From Saprolegnia diclina VS20 (lineage: Eukaryota), in NCBI RefSeq assembly GCF_000281045.1, contig NW_008246150.1, forward strand, positions 90,177 through 154,176: a DNA stretch of 64,000 bases. Direction: 5' to 3'. Made by a program: the position numbers and the translations under genes. Each line of letters opens with the position of its first letter. Within the stretch, counting starts at the first letter, position 1. Below are positions 63,230-64,000 of the stretch, one piece after another. The notes under the pieces are model-generated. The model saw nothing but the letters and a program-made list of their open reading frames with translations, searched no databases and was not told the origin of the DNA.

Positions 63230-63846
63230 TCACCCATAGCTCATACCAGCGCATCGCATCAGCGTTGATATACCGCGTCGTTCCTCTGCGACTTGTTGCT
63301 GCTGTCGTTGGGCAGCCAAATGAATTGCTGGCTTGTCCCTGGGCTTGTCCAAATCGAAAATCATCCAAGACACCTTGGAGGAGGCAGGAGGTCCTGCAGC
63401 ATCTCGTCGTCGTCGTCGACTCTGTCGCCTGTCGGTTAGTGATCCCAAGATGCGCCACGTGCGCGATGCTGCATCGCCGACGCGCCGCCGACCATCCACT
63501 ACGATCGATACAGTAGGTGCGGCGTCCTACACTGTACTGTTCTAGACGATGGGGTCGCAACTGCGGCAGCGGCTTCAATACGGGTACCCGTCGCGTTGGC
63601 GCCAAAAATGCGCAAATTCCGAGTGTTATTTTTTGGCTTTCGGTGGCTTTTTTGTCCGCCGCAACTTTTCATAGAACGAAGCCAGTCCCGTGGTTGGCAC
63701 GGATGTCGTGTCGTCGTCTTCCGGGTACGACGGCGCGTCACTTGTCGACGCGCTGTTGTCAGGCAGGATCTTGGCCGACCGCATCTTTTCGAGCATCGAC
63801 GTGCGCTCCATGCACTCGCGGTGCACGGTTTGCTGCAAGAGCGCAA
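63230..63846 (-). CDS. Possible 3' exons of a hypothetical gene starting beyond the window
   Basis: Short ORFs with an acceptor-like tag near 63851. Weak. Confidence 0.3.
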
Positions 63847-64000
63847 TTTCCTAGTTCATTTCATAGTATAACTATACCATTCGAAGCGTGTGTACCTGGT
63901 CTTTCTGAGATAAGAGCTCGGTGAGTCGCTGGACATTGCCGGACGACTCTTGGTTTGACGGACTCTTGTCGACTTTCGGAGATGATTTGGCGTGACGGGG

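Overview
Eukaryotic, gene-dense, GC-rich genomic DNA with short (~40-50 nt) spliceosomal introns and three N-gaps. By gene content and style it is most likely an oomycete (Saprolegnia-like); this is inference. The left part holds ordinary genes: RING-Tubby, IPK1, alanyl-tRNA synthetase, arylamine N-acetyltransferase, IQ protein, ABC1/UbiB kinase, EFM7-like methyltransferase, a secreted PT-repeat protein and TFIIIC Tau95. The centre (~25.9-49.7 kb) is a rearranged redox/respiration neighbourhood. It has three near-identical alternative oxidases, a Cys-type GST plus a partial copy, a HIG1-domain protein, glutathione reductase, an ABCG half-transporter and a YeeE/YedE sulfur-transporter family gene, and is a candidate sulfide/hypoxia-tolerance gene cluster. 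A complete 5,211-bp Mutator-like element (68-bp perfect TIRs, 10-bp TSD) is inserted in it. The element carries a transposase split at a T-TTT-TTA slippery site, a zinc-finger/Ulp1 protease gene, and arrays of a palindromic GCACTAGTGC motif in all three non-coding regions. Two identical tRNA-like sequences with encoded CCA and a diverged inverted repeat pair also lie here. The right part holds a membrane protein, a cNMP-binding protein, a RAMA+PHD chromatin-reader candidate with a decayed partial copy, an ankyrin-kinase and hypothetical genes. All family calls come from motif recognition by eye; no database searches were run.
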